From Corallochytrium limacisporum Hawaii (Eukaryota; Protista; Pluriformea), in assembly GCA_002811645.1 (NCBI GenBank), contig PDIP01000002.1:7683-71682 (forward strand): a stretch of 64,000 nucleotides of DNA, given 5' to 3'. Below, piece after piece: positions 10,619-22,177 of the stretch. The notes under the pieces are model-generated. The model was not told where the DNA came from, made no database searches, and saw nothing but the letters and a program-made list of their open reading frames with translations. A program made the position numbers and the translations under genes. Positions within the stretch are counted from its first letter, which is position 1, and the number at the start of each line of letters is the position of its first letter.

Positions 10619-11983
10619 CTAATCGTCCGGATCTGGGTTCATAATTTGCTGGCGGATGCAGATCGCCAAGGCCTTAAAGCCCCGCGTGACTTCCATCGAC
10701 CGCACCTTTGACATGCCACGATCCTTGCGCTGCTTCATGATACTCACGAACTCATCGTAAGCCAACTCACCGTCACCGTCCGTATCAAAGACATGAAAGA
10801 TGAAGTCTACGAGGTTGTCGCTCAGTTTCGCATCAGCTACCGCACTCGCGGCCCGGGAAAAGTCAGTGCGATCAATTGTCTCGCCAGCCTGGTGGTACAT
10901 GCCTAGGGCCGCATCAATGTCGTCGAAGGACTGCAGAAAGTTGCTCAGGCCTGTGTAGTCATCGAGCGTAATAATTTGATCCAATTCTTTGGCCCTTGCA
11001 ATATACTTGGCACAGAATTTTCTTGGGGAGTACTGAAATAGCAACCGGGCAAAGTCTTCCGCACTGATTGTCTTCCTGTCCATTTGCTTGGAGAAACGCT
11101 CGAACTCTCTCCGGAAAAGTTCGCGCCGAAAGCTTTCAGCGAATTCTTTGAACTCTGCAAAGGTCAGTTTTTTCCGGCGATTCTCACCGAAGAGAGCGAT
11201 AAGGAGAGCACTTGCTTTGCTGCTTTCCTTGCGTGCTGCGGGGCTCTGAGAATTATAGTACTTGCCTGTGCAGCTTTGGTCCCTTATTACACTCATCGCT
11301 GACATGAATTCCTTTGCGTCCAAAGTGCCGTTGCCGTCGAGGTCGAACATTTTGAAGGCAATTTCGAACTTGCGATTGGGCGTCTGCATGATAGAGAGCA
11401 GAAACATGTACTCAGAGAACGGAATAAAGAGTCCACTCTCAAAGAAGTTGCCGCTAGTCTCGGCTTTCGCAGCCCTTCGCTGCATTTCTTCTTGCGATAT
11501 ATGTTTGTAAAGGTCCAGGCCATATTTTTGCGGTTGAATGTCACCGGGGGTCAAGGATCGGACAAAGTCATCTACTGTCATGTACACTGTACCGTCCACA
11601 GACAGAGTTGCAAAGTATCGAAAGATCTTGTCCGGGTTGCTATAATTCCTAATTCGGTTTTCGTAGGCGATAATTGTTCTGTCCTTGAATCCCTTGCCTT
11701 CCTTGCTGTCACCCTCCGGTGCAAGCTTTGCATCCTTCAGCATTTCCTCTTTTCCTTCAATGGCCTCCTGCTTCGCATAAACGGTGGAAAACGAATACTG
11801 GGAACCAAGGGTCCCTCCAAGGATGAGTCCCATAGTGAGCAGCAGGGGCCTGTGCCACTGGAACTGTGTGCTCACTGTCTGTAGATTTGAACTATGCACG
11901 GCACGACTACCGCCTGCTTGAACAGACACTGTCCACGGTACCTGCCTGGTCAGGGTTCTGCGCAATATGTGCAACCGAAACAT
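10619..11983 (-). CDS. MICU1: Mitochondrial calcium uptake protein 1 (EF-hand MCU gatekeeper)
   Basis: GFKDRTIIAYENRIRNYSNPDKIFRYFAT signature; EF hands DLDGNGTLD and DTDGDGELA; Arg-rich presequence from Met at 11983 (an alternative upstream ATG lies at 12103). Confidence 0.93.
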   Translation of the reverse strand: MFRLHILRRTLTRQVPWTVSVQAGGSRAVHSSNLQTVSTQFQWHRPLLLTMGLILGGTLGSQYSFSTVYAKQEAIEGKEEMLKDAKLAPEGDSKEGKGFKDRTIIAYENRIRNYSNPDKIFRYFATLSVDGTVYMTVDDFVRSLTPGDIQPQKYGLDLYKHISQEEMQRRAAKAETSGNFFESGLFIPFSEYMFLLSIMQTPNRKFEIAFKMFDLDGNGTLDAKEFMSAMSVIRDQSCTGKYYNSQSPAARKESSKASALLIALFGENRRKKLTFAEFKEFAESFRRELFRREFERFSKQMDRKTISAEDFARLLFQYSPRKFCAKYIARAKELDQIITLDDYTGLSNFLQSFDDIDAALGMYHQAGETIDRTDFSRAASAVADAKLSDNLVDFIFHVFDTDGDGELAYDEFVSIMKQRKDRGMSKVRSMEVTRGFKALAICIRQQIMNPDPDD

Positions 11984-12793
11984 TGTTGTTGAACCTAAGG
12001 GTCTATGTGAGTGTCCAAACACCCGTGGCGAAGATCTAATGACTGAACTCGCAAGTCTGTCCAGACTGACTGCTGATTTGAACTCAATATTGTGGAATAT
12101 CATCTTCTACCCCTTGAAACACCAAGAAAAGGTAGGAGACGAGAAGACATGGAAAAGAAGAAAAGCTTGCAGGGTCAGCAGACGGTTGACACGTTTATTC
12201 CAGTGTCCAATAACTGACTGTTGCGGGTAGTTCCTCGTAAGGTATCGATATGGGGCGGCGCCCCTTCGAATACTGTCCGAACGCTCCCTGGGCAGATGAA
12301 CCTCCTAGAAGTGGAATACCGGCCGCCAATAGCCAAAAGCGACCTTGGGATGGGAGGAGACGAAAGCGCCGACGAAGGCAGAAGGCCAAATGGAGGGAAA
12401 AGATGGAGATTCCTTAGCGGACATATCGAAATATACAAATATGATCAGTTTTACATATTGAATGTATACAACATTGCTGGTGCCACCTATCGGGACCCAG
12501 GCTCCCTCTGTTCCTTCAGCAACGGCCTTTTGGCCACCATAATTCGGGGGCCTATTATAGGGACTAGAATCCCATGTGACGAAGGCACGGGCTTGAGGGG
12601 GGCAAGCTGAAAATTGAGGTTTAAGAATCGCAATCGATTAATGTATTGGCGGCTGCTTGGTATTTATTCGAGTGGGAATCGAATAAAAGGTTCAATACAT
12701 ACGTTATACTTAAAATTTAGAACTAACACTGCAAATTTATGAGACCTCGATCATGTAAACAGGACTTTTCTGAGAACACTTGCTTAAGAAATC

Positions 12794-13054
12794 ATGTCAT
12801 CAAAGAAGGAGGAGAAGGTGCAGCCAGGTACCAAGACACCACTGAAGATCTGGCGTGACGGGAAGCTGGAGGAATTAGCAGTGCCTCGCCACCGTATGGT
12901 AACCAAAGATTTCATTGGACGAACCGTCCGGGTACACAACGGCCGGCTATGGCTCCGCATTCCCATCACGGCAGCCATGGTAGGTTTTAAATTCGGGGAG
13001 TTTGCGTGGACCACAAAACCGGCCAATTATTTTATTCGAGGCAGAAAGAAGTAA
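12794..13054 (+). CDS. rps19: Nucleus-encoded mitochondrial-type ribosomal protein uS19
   Basis: FIGRTVRVHNGR..I...MVGFKFGEFAWT matches the bacterial/organellar S19 signature; 86 aa. Confidence 0.85.
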   Translation: MSSKKEEKVQPGTKTPLKIWRDGKLEELAVPRHRMVTKDFIGRTVRVHNGRLWLRIPITAAMVGFKFGEFAWTTKPANYFIRGRKK

Positions 13055-13179
13055 AGAATCGGGTAGATATATCGGTTATTCTGTTGTCTAGATTTTTCAT
13101 TCTGAATCTGCAATTTCTATACTCCATTTGTAACATACATAGATAAGTACAACGCTGTTATCTATTCAAGAGAACGGGA

Positions 13180-13584
13180 TCATCCGCGCTCTACCATGTC
13201 AATGCCGTATTCGGGGCAGTCTGGGGCACCAATTTCGTCACACACTGCAGCCTCTACGGCGCCGTCTTTCCACTTACATGTATATCGTTTTCGCAGGTCA
13301 AAGTCCAGGATAACATAGAAATTCTGTCCATACTCACAATCTACGTTGAAGACGATGAGGACATCATCACCTTCGTATGCCCTCAACTCTTCCTTCAAAG
13401 GAGCCCAATCTGAAACAGCAGCACGCTGAATCAAATCCTCCAGAATGGAGGCCTTGTTCAACAGTTTGTACGGATTCTTTGCTGTGACATGTTGGTCCTG
13501 AATCCCTCCGAACATTTCCTGGGGCGCACCTGTAAAGAACAGAGGTTATAACCCATCAGGTTACTCAGCTTCATCCATTGCCAT
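13180..13584 (-). pseudogene. WDR63: Relic of axonemal inner-arm dynein intermediate chain IC140/WDR63 (N-terminal fragment)
   Basis: The frame reads MAMDEAE*PDGL*PLFFTGAPQEMFGGIQDQHVTAKNPYKLLNKASILEDLIQRAAVSDWAPLK...YGQNFY, matching the recalled WDR63/DNAI3 N-terminus (PL..T..QEIF...VT...PYKLI.K..I.EDL..RAAVSDF.P.K...YG.NFY). TAA stops at 13561-63 and 13546-48; all WD40 repeats are absent. Confidence 0.78.
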
Positions 13585-14412
13585 ATCCGTGAGGAAGTCC
13601 GGGACACTCTGCCTTTGGAATCGCTACACCTTTACTCTTCTAGTACTTTCCATCCAGCTAGTAATCGCTAATCTACCTTTTCAATTACAGTAGATCTTTG
13701 ACAAGAAACTTCGCCAGGTGGTGCGGATTTCATGCCAATGGAAGACTTCACTGTCTGCCCGGCGCATTGATGTAGCTTCATCGTGTACATTAAGTGGGTG
13801 CTGATATTACGGATAGCCGTAGCACGTGACTACTGCGATCTCAGAGAGGCCTTTTCTGCAGTGTTTGGTCTTGAGGATCTTTCGAGGACAACGAGTGCGC
13901 GGAAGGGACATTGGAATGTACGTGTGTACTCGCACTCTCTCGCCCTCTTCCCCGGGTTGGTAGCCTTTTCGTCAGTAGGCCGCCTGAGCTCTTTGACCGA
14001 GGTTCTCGAAACCGTAAACCGTGTTGATAGTTAAGTGCCCTCCAGAAATTGGGAGGCGGGGGGAAAGGGGATCGGCTGAGTGGAGAATCTCCACTTGCGG
14101 GCCTGTGCACCCAGCCAGTCCGCAGAAGACCGATTGGAGAGTTGAAATAGCCGTATACAAAAAGTAGACATGGGAGAGGCAAGGGACTGGCTTTTTGGAA
14201 TCCAGGGGACAGAGCCGGTACCGTCGTCGTTATCAAGTTTGGTCGTAGTTCCTTGCAATGGTTCTGGTTTTCGTAAAACATGCCGAGCACTACCGTTCGT
14301 TTAGTAGTTGAGTAAGTTGTGTGTACATATATTGTTAAATTTGCATTGCGGTCGGGAGACTGCAAATGATTCATATGATATGACAGCGATACTTGCCCTG
14401 TAAGAGTCCACA

Positions 14413-14946
14413 TCAGCTGGCAATAGTGGTGGTGGGATTGTTGAGCCCTGCGGTTTCCTTAGCATCCTCTTCTGCTGTCTTCTCATCCCAGTTGATCGGG
14501 AACTTTGTCACACGCGGCTTGTCAGCCAGAATTGTACGCTTAATTTTTTCGATAATTGGTTTCTCCGGTGGTTCCTCTTGCAGTTCTGGATCGTCGTATT
14601 CGTTGTTCACATACCATCCCACGCGAACAAACTCCTGATCCCGATACGAGCATGTCAGTAGAATCGCTGTCACAGACACAAGATCGCTCTTGGGGATCTT
14701 CTTCCAGTCCGGTGCGTCTGCTGTGAAAGTGAACTTGTTCAGTCCTACTGGAACGGGTCCAACCAATATTGAGTCCAGCTCTTGGTCGTAAGAAACATTG
14801 TCTGGGCTTCCAACGTACACCAACTTAAACTCGAGATCATCATCGAGGGAGCCCAAGCATTCGAAAGAAATTTCAAATTCAAAGGGAGTTGTGAAGGATC
14901 CGGTTTGGTTATGAACACCGATGTGGTTGATGTTAACAAGAGGCAT
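14413..14946 (-). CDS. ASF1: Histone H3/H4 chaperone ASF1
   Basis: [53 protein letters not shown]; first ATG at 14946. Confidence 0.97.
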   Translation of the reverse strand: MPLVNINHIGVHNQTGSFTTPFEFEISFECLGSLDDDLEFKLVYVGSPDNVSYDQELDSILVGPVPVGLNKFTFTADAPDWKKIPKSDLVSVTAILLTCSYRDQEFVRVGWYVNNEYDDPELQEEPPEKPIIEKIKRTILADKPRVTKFPINWDEKTAEEDAKETAGLNNPTTTIAS

Positions 14947-15968
14947 TTTACCTTTTGACTTGAATTTCTCCAAAGCAACCACTTGAGGTATGTTTCCTCG
15001 TGCTTCTTACGCAGTCAAACCTAGACAACGTCCTACAACACTTCAAATAGCATCTCTTTAAGCTTTTTTGCAATAAACATGTGTGTTCACGGACGGAAAC
15101 AGCCCGCTGACTGCAACAAGTGAGAGCCCGCAGCCAGGAAGGTCCCCTTCAGGTCCTTGCAGTCGCTCCCAAGCCTCGACAGAAGAAATTGCAGCCCGCT
15201 TGAATCTACAAGGTTCCCTTTGAGCCTCACGGTTTCGGGGTCCCCTTTCTGTCCGAGTCCGATATTAGGGGTAAGATTTCGCGCCCTAAACCCAAACACT
15301 GGGGTCCCACAATCGACACCGTTCCCTCGCCATGGCCTGCGATTGCCAGCTGTGTTTATAGAAGTCAGTATAACTATTTACTAGAGATTTGGCAGCCCCG
15401 GCCCCCCCGGGGCCGGAGGGGAAAGTGGGAACCCACCTGTGCCCTTTGTTGGATTTTGTCTCTTAGTTGCGCTGCGTTCCGGGATTGCTATTGAACAATT
15501 GTTGATCTCCGCACTACAATGAATCGCGACCGGCAAGGGGATAGCATATGATACGAGAAATGGACTCCCATTTTTCGAGGCAAAAGTGTGTAATGGAATT
15601 CGGCTGTGCCCAGCACCAAGTCTACGGGTGTGAAAACTGCGAAGGCGGTGCTGGAAGGAGGCAGTCACTACTCCTGGTACACTTCGTCTCGCCTCTTCAG
15701 GATCGCAAGAGTCATGGGTGAGTGGGGACCTGCAGGAGCGAGGGTCAGCCGACACTGCTGGCTGTGAAGCCAATCTGGTTTGGTATTTGTGGGTCAAAAG
15801 TGACTTGAACAGAGAAGCGCAGAGTCTTGAAAATGCACAGAAAAGACAAAACAGTCTTCCTGCTTGTACAGTTTGTAAATGCCTGATGTGAAATGAGGTG
15901 TTGGGACGCAATCTTGGAACAGAAAGACCATGTGAGGGACTGTAGATAGTCCGTACTAAAGTTGCACA

Positions 15969-18900
15969 ATGGTGGCAACATTACGTGTGAAGCAGTTGTC
16001 CGGCCAGGAAATTATCCTGAATGACGTAGATGTGGACGATAAAGTATCAAAAGTTAAAGAAAGACTGGCTAGGCCAGACCTTGCCAACATTGGCGTCGAC
16101 CGCCAGCGCTTGATCTTTAGAGGAAAAGTCTTAAAGAACAACGAGACTCTAAGCAGTTACGGAATAGAAGACGGGTTCGTAGTGCATTTAGTATCTCGGT
16201 CACCTTCAATAGTAGCAGCCAGCCCCGCGGAACAAATAGAGGGAGAGGAATATGCGGACGATCAGCACCATGTAACGGAGCCAGCGAATCTGCAACCACA
16301 GAGGGTGAATTTTAGGCTCGACATCAGCACGGGCAATGCCGCATTCGACACCAGGACTACAGCCGCAACTGTCGCATACTCTCAGACCACTGCTGATGCT
16401 GACGACTCCACGATTGGATCGATCACCGGCGGCGCACCAATGCAAGCCCCGAATAGCCCCGGAGGCAGAGTGGCCACTCCCGGGCGGCAGCAGAGAGGAC
16501 CGGGCCCCCGAACAGGTAGTGGGGCAATGGGGCAGAACCGTAGTGGTGGAAGTGGAGGCCTGGGCGGTACGTCGTCCTCTCCCGCTCCCGGTACTGGAAG
16601 TGCGCCGCTGCGGCAACAGAACGACAGGGATTACCAGGACGTCCGCATGCAACGCCGAGTGGCTAGTCGACTGCGTCAAGCGAGGAATTTGCTGAGTGCA
16701 GCTCGGGCGGTTCATGCACGGAGACCTGATCCTCCAGAATTTACTCTGTCACAGTCAGTGGGCAACCTCCACGGCGGTGATGCGAGCGAGACCGGTAGTG
16801 CAGGACTGAGCATTGGCGGGGGCCCTGTGGAGCCAGACATTTCGTCAATTTATGGGAATGTGGCCACCGCAGATTCGGATTCATTAGCCACGCCCGTATC
16901 AGTGGACACATTGGTGGAGAGTCGTCTGGCACAGCGGAACATGAACAATCTGGGACGCACACTGGTGCAACTGAGTACACTCTTCCGGGAGGCAGCATCA
17001 GTGATGGCAGAAGTTGGGGAATTCCTGCATTCTGAAGAACGGATCCTACGCAACGATCAGCAGCGCCTCAGAGGTCAGCAGCGGATTGCGTATTTACAGG
17101 AGCTCATGGCTCGACTAGCGGTCATTCAACAGCTGCTGGCGGCCCCTCTGGCAGGTATTAATATCGATGGCACCGATCCCGGCGATGCTTTTATTCGTAT
17201 GGCGCAATACTCACGGCGTCGTGGGGTACCCGGTGCTGCCGGCAATGTTGGGGACGGTCTGACATTGCCGGAGGACACCGACAACCCTCCAGGAAGAGAC
17301 CACAGGGAACGCAACGGATCAGAACGGTATAATGCTGCCAACAATGCACAGATTAACATTTCGATCGATGGTGTGGAACTAAACGACCCGGCTTCCCTGC
17401 CCTTCTGGCTCTTGGGCGGCATGGCAAACCAGGGCCGTGGCAATCCTGCAGCAGCGGGTACGCGACTTTTCAATGAAGTCTTTCGCAATGTCACCGGGTC
17501 CGGCGCGAGAAGAGCAACCACTAGCAGTAGAGGGGCGAACAACACCCGTGGCAATAACGGCAGGCAGTCTGTTCGGAGTGCGCGGGCATCGGTACCGACC
17601 AATGTACGCGGACAGCATAGCCGGGGGGATCACGTCTTGGACGGTGGCCATCAACAAACCAGTCGGGACCAGGATTATCTTCACTTCGATAGCCTGAGCA
17701 CTTCGGGAATTTTAGACCGCACTGTAGAAGAAAACGAGGAAGTGGTGCCACAGCAGAATGGCCTGCACTACCTGGATGCCCAAAGTGCTACCAGTGAACC
17801 AATGCCCCATGTCGAGACTGGCTTTGGCCGAACCAACGCTGCGGATGTTCGATTCCAGCGCGGTGACGTACATGCCGATGTCAGGAGCATGGAAGACCAT
17901 TTGCAGATCGAAAGTGCTCACACTAACTTGCTTGGCGAAGCAGACTCCATTAGCATGGTCGCCAATGCGGAGAGCATGGCTGGTGGTAGTCTTCGCGGGG
18001 GCATGGACGAAGACGATGGCGATGAAGACGAGGAAGGCGTTGTAGATGGACATGTGGCCGTGGATGGGCAGGAAGGCGTCGAAGGTGCGACAGATGATGG
18101 TCTGCAAGAGATCTCGGTGCAGGAAGCCCCCGGGGAGGCTTTGGCTCTAGCTGGAGTGGCTCCCCAGGTCTCAACGCAACTGTTACAAGCTATCGTTGTT
18201 GGCATCCTGCAGAGTATGCGCTCTGTTCGGGCCGCAGAGGAATTGAGAAGCCCGGCGCAGGAATTTGGAGGTTTTGATAGCTTGAATGTTGTTCTGCAGG
18301 CGGAGGAAGCGTCGCAGTCCACTCTGGGACAAATTGTGGATGCCTTGCGATATGCGAGTGACACTGGGCACCTCGTACCGGAGGGAGATGGCAGAATTGG
18401 GGATTATGACGGCACAGTCATGCACGAATCGCTACTGGATAGTTTGCTACAACGTCTTGGTGACTCACTGTCGGTGGCGGACTTTGTAGCATTGGCCAGT
18501 GGAAATGAAAAGGCCCTGGACTTTCTCTTTGCTCCGTTGACATCATTTGTGCTCGAGGAAGTCGGAGCAGACATTTCAGATGCTGACCTGAAGAGTGCTT
18601 CTATGCGCATAGTCGATGCCATCCTCGTCACTTCCGCGACAGCTATTGAGCGCGTCACAGCGCAGACTTTATCGAACGGTACCCAGCATCAGACGTCCAG
18701 GACCCTGCAGGAGGCTCTGCGTTCGAATCTGCAGTATAATGCGGCCCTCCTGTTGTACCACATCAACGTGAACGAGCGAGTATCCTTTGCGCGTCGCATC
18801 AAAGAGGTCGTCAAGCGCACAGTGGGAGAGCAAGTGGAGATTATGCTGCAGACCGTTGGAGACACTCACACGCTCAGACAGAGCTTCCATCGCCACTTAC

Positions 18901-19583
18901 TCGCTCTTCTTCCGGGCAACATGGACCAGAATCCGTTTGTGGAGGAAGACATTGCCTTCATTGCGGACTCGCTCTTCACGTGCATCGCCGAGACGCATCG
19001 CGCGTACATTGCTGACCGGTCACAGCACGATCGCGACGTCCTGCAAGCAATGCTCAACGGTAATAGTCTCTGGCCTTTTGATGAGATCAGTTGTGGGCGA
19101 CTGCACGACGAGAGCAGCGGCGCCGGCCATGGCACCGAACCTGACATTCTCACCCTCCGTCTTGCTCCCGGAAGCGTACTCAATCAAGTTCATCAAGCAT
19201 ATCATCCCTGGCACCGCCTCGTGCCGGAAACCGAGCGCGACTTTTGGATTCATACCATTGCGCACGATCAACAGCGGCTGGAATCAATGACTTCACCCCC
19301 CGCACCTCTGTCGCGGGCCTACAGAACCGGACAGGTAGCAGGTGCCGAAAGAACGGAAACCGTCAACGAGGGTTTGCGCCTGCAAACACCCTTGGTCTTT
19401 CTACGTGAGGAGTGCCCGCCTGGAATGGTAACCAGTGAACTTCTGTCAGCAGTGCGGGAGCCTGCGGCCCAGGAACAGTGGAGACGAAGTCTGCGTGATG
19501 CCATTGCTGTCCGTGTCAGTCACGATCGCACTGGATACGATCCAGAGACATACCCCGCAATTGCAGAGTTTCTGAACAGCTGA
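15969..19583 (+). CDS. BAG6: BAG6/BAT3-like protein (N-terminal UBL, C-terminal BAG-similar region)
   Basis: UBL (QRLIFRGKVLK..TLSSYGI..GFVVHLV); C-terminal W...I.HDQQ....PPAPLSRAY and YDPETYPAIAEF as in the BAG6 tail. Confidence 0.8.
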   Translation: MVATLRVKQLSGQEIILNDVDVDDKVSKVKERLARPDLANIGVDRQRLIFRGKVLKNNETLSSYGIEDGFVVHLVSRSPSIVAASPAEQIEGEEYADDQHHVTEPANLQPQRVNFRLDISTGNAAFDTRTTAATVAYSQTTADADDSTIGSITGGAPMQAPNSPGGRVATPGRQQRGPGPRTGSGAMGQNRSGGSGGLGGTSSSPAPGTGSAPLRQQNDRDYQDVRMQRRVASRLRQARNLLSAARAVHARRPDPPEFTLSQSVGNLHGGDASETGSAGLSIGGGPVEPDISSIYGNVATADSDSLATPVSVDTLVESRLAQRNMNNLGRTLVQLSTLFREAASVMAEVGEFLHSEERILRNDQQRLRGQQRIAYLQELMARLAVIQQLLAAPLAGINIDGTDPGDAFIRMAQYSRRRGVPGAAGNVGDGLTLPEDTDNPPGRDHRERNGSERYNAANNAQINISIDGVELNDPASLPFWLLGGMANQGRGNPAAAGTRLFNEVFRNVTGSGARRATTSSRGANNTRGNNGRQSVRSARASVPTNVRGQHSRGDHVLDGGHQQTSRDQDYLHFDSLSTSGILDRTVEENEEVVPQQNGLHYLDAQSATSEPMPHVETGFGRTNAADVRFQRGDVHADVRSMEDHLQIESAHTNLLGEADSISMVANAESMAGGSLRGGMDEDDGDEDEEGVVDGHVAVDGQEGVEGATDDGLQEISVQEAPGEALALAGVAPQVSTQLLQAIVVGILQSMRSVRAAEELRSPAQEFGGFDSLNVVLQAEEASQSTLGQIVDALRYASDTGHLVPEGDGRIGDYDGTVMHESLLDSLLQRLGDSLSVADFVALASGNEKALDFLFAPLTSFVLEEVGADISDADLKSASMRIVDAILVTSATAIERVTAQTLSNGTQHQTSRTLQEALRSNLQYNAALLLYHINVNERVSFARRIKEVVKRTVGEQVEIMLQTVGDTHTLRQSFHRHLLALLPGNMDQNPFVEEDIAFIADSLFTCIAETHRAYIADRSQHDRDVLQAMLNGNSLWPFDEISCGRLHDESSGAGHGTEPDILTLRLAPGSVLNQVHQAYHPWHRLVPETERDFWIHTIAHDQQRLESMTSPPAPLSRAYRTGQVAGAERTETVNEGLRLQTPLVFLREECPPGMVTSELLSAVREPAAQEQWRRSLRDAIAVRVSHDRTGYDPETYPAIAEFLNS

Positions 19584-19748
19584 CCAGAGATTTGAGAAAA
19601 GATGACAAGTGACAAATTACGCTCATGTGTCTACAGTGTTCCTTGGAAATTGTATTATTCTACGGTATTTGTTGTTGAATATAGAAGGACAAAACAACAA
19701 TCTTAATAGATATCTGCCCTTCCTTCTAGAGGTACTACTGACAAGTCT

Positions 19749-20165
19749 TCACGACTGCTGCTGTTGTGACTGGGCCATGGCCTGAGAGATCTGTTGAAGC
19801 GCAACTTGCAGTTGTTGGATCTTAGCTGCCTGCTCCTGCTGCTTTTTCTCATTGTCCTTGATACTCTTCTCATACGTGGTAACCTCGCCACTAATGTAAT
19901 CCACACGCTTTTGAACATTGGCGCGCGCCTCTTCAGGGTCCTGCTTCATCAAAACCGGTCCGATCGACTTGTACACAACGCTGTCCTCATTGACATACTT
20001 AAATTCCTCCAGAACATGCTTGTTCTCTGTCAGCTGTGATTCCAGACGTCCCCTGGCGGCAGTCAGCTTGCGCATCTCTTTCTCAATGGCGCGGTACTTT
20101 TCCATTTCAGCCTCATAGTCGCTCTGAAACTTGGCGATGAACTCTGGAACTTGAGGCTGTGCCAT
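19749..20165 (-). CDS. PFDN6: Prefoldin subunit 6
   Basis: LESQLTENKHVLEEF...VYKSIGPVLMKQD.EEARANVQKRVDYI. Confidence 0.95.
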   Translation of the reverse strand: MAQPQVPEFIAKFQSDYEAEMEKYRAIEKEMRKLTAARGRLESQLTENKHVLEEFKYVNEDSVVYKSIGPVLMKQDPEEARANVQKRVDYISGEVTTYEKSIKDNEKKQQEQAAKIQQLQVALQQISQAMAQSQQQQS

Positions 20166-22177
20166 CTCTGAATCGTTTCCTTATAAGCGAAAACACTCGG
20201 GGTTTCTATGGTACAAAGAAAGCTTACTAATTGTAAACACATACCCAGAGGAAACATGCGCTACTCTTTTCCACCTGGTCACCTCACAAACAACAGCATG
20301 GCTGCCGCAATATCGACAACGTTCCAAAATTTCACTGGGTATCCCAAACATTGCCGGTCCGAACGCAACAAGAGACACCGAGCGCCGCCTACCTCTCTCT
20401 CTCATCCACACAGCGCTTGCGTGGATGCTCGTTGTTCCGGCGCCTTCTGTTGCGCCCTTCTAGCCCCACTGTGAAACAGAAGCCACAGTCAATCATGTAT
20501 TGGCTGGCTTAACTGGCAGTACCATTTTCATCTTCTGTGAATGCCTTGAATCAATGAATCAAAATTTGTTTCGAACAGGCAAGTCGCACTGAGCCAGGGG
20601 TGTTGACAAAACGAAGTGTCATAAGTTTAATTCTGCGCTGAACCCGTTCACGTGCCGAGCGGCATATGTTCTGCAAGGGCGCAGCAGCAGCAGGGCCAGC
20701 GGGAATGTGGGCAGGCAATATTTGTGCACGACGTGCGACTTGTGTGGGTCAGTGCACAGTCATTTTTACATCAGTCTAAGGGATCCCCCGCTTCTGTCTC
20801 CAAGGGCCCGCCCCTGCCCCATACTTTCTCTCATCGCAATGTTCGCGAATCAATTCTTCAGTTGACGGGGCATTGTAGAGGCGGCCCCAGCAGCCCACTG
20901 GTTTCACATACCGTCCAGCTACCTACGGCTTACAGAGTGGCCGGTGGCTACCGAAGAATCCTGCATCATCTCGCACATGTATTGATTTATTGTTCCGTCC
21001 TGTCGGAAAATTTCCGGCAGCGCACCTAGAGACTGTGCTGGTATTTTCTCCTTGTTGGACGTTCAATATTCGGGCGAGTATACATAGAGTTTGTCGGTTA
21101 TTCTCTGCGTCACATTCGCACCCCTATCTGCACCGGGAGCAAATGTTTCTGCTGCACAGAGGCGACTGCTAAGACGACGAAGGGCGTACGTGCAGGTGCC
21201 GGCATGCAGGCGTGCTGTGTGGGCCGCCACAGCCCGCCCTTAGCCGTCGAACAATAATCTCCTGCCCAAATAGATCAATACATTAATTATGGAGTGTCGT
21301 GTCGAACAATCACCAACCACTGTAAAGGGAGGGTGCACACCGGCACCCCTGGCGAGCACCTCCACTTCAAAGTCGCAACTGAAACAGTAAAGCATACGGA
21401 TTCGTCGTCAGCGGTATTGGCGAAGTGAGGTCGCCGTCATAGCGAAACTATGACATGCGGCAGTAATTGATTTCGCACATCGCACACGTACCTGGGACCG
21501 CAGAGCAGTGGTACGGGTCGACGACACCGGGAAAAAAAAATACATAGAAGCGGCGGGACATTTCTTCATCGTCGCTGTGTGCACTGCGTGTGCCGATGTG
21601 GGCTGTCAGAATAGTAGTAATATGGGTGGAACTCGGAGTATTCGTATACGGTGGAGCGGCCAGGTGTGCAGATGCGTATGGGTTTCAATAAGCCACCCCC
21701 GAAGAAAGGAGACGGGATCGGATCGGTCGTTCTCCCTGAACGACACACATTTGTCCTTGTGAGAACTGGTTGGCCCATTGTGGGCCTTGTCCCTATAGTG
21801 TGGAAGGGGGTTCCTTTTTGTGGCGTCAGCCGGTTGAGAGGAGAGTGGGGGGCACAGACAACGGAAAAATGGGACCGCAGGGACTCCGGCACATTCTTGG
21901 GGTTTGTAAACTTTTGAGTTTACAACTGAAATCTAGGTATGTTGGTATTTCAAAAGCTTGATGAAACTTATTGAAGCAAAATTTATCGAAGATTAGCATG
22001 TGTTCGTTTTTCATGGATAAATCAGTCGTGTGACAAATGATTTAACAGAAAGTATCAGCGATAACGACAAGACGGACATAAATCACACATATTGTACACA
22101 GAGTATTTCCGTGCATTGCCCAGTATGTAAGAGATTCAAAAAAAAATATTGACTAAAACTGACACAATAAAATTGTC

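Noticed and set aside
12523-12534. CGGCCTTTTGGC resembling the U2 snRNA 5' end
   Set aside because: No following TAAGATCAAGTGTAGTA branch-pairing region or Sm site.
21988-22000. GAAGATTAGCATG resembling the U6 snRNA core
   Set aside because: The ACAGAGA box and internal stem-loop are absent.
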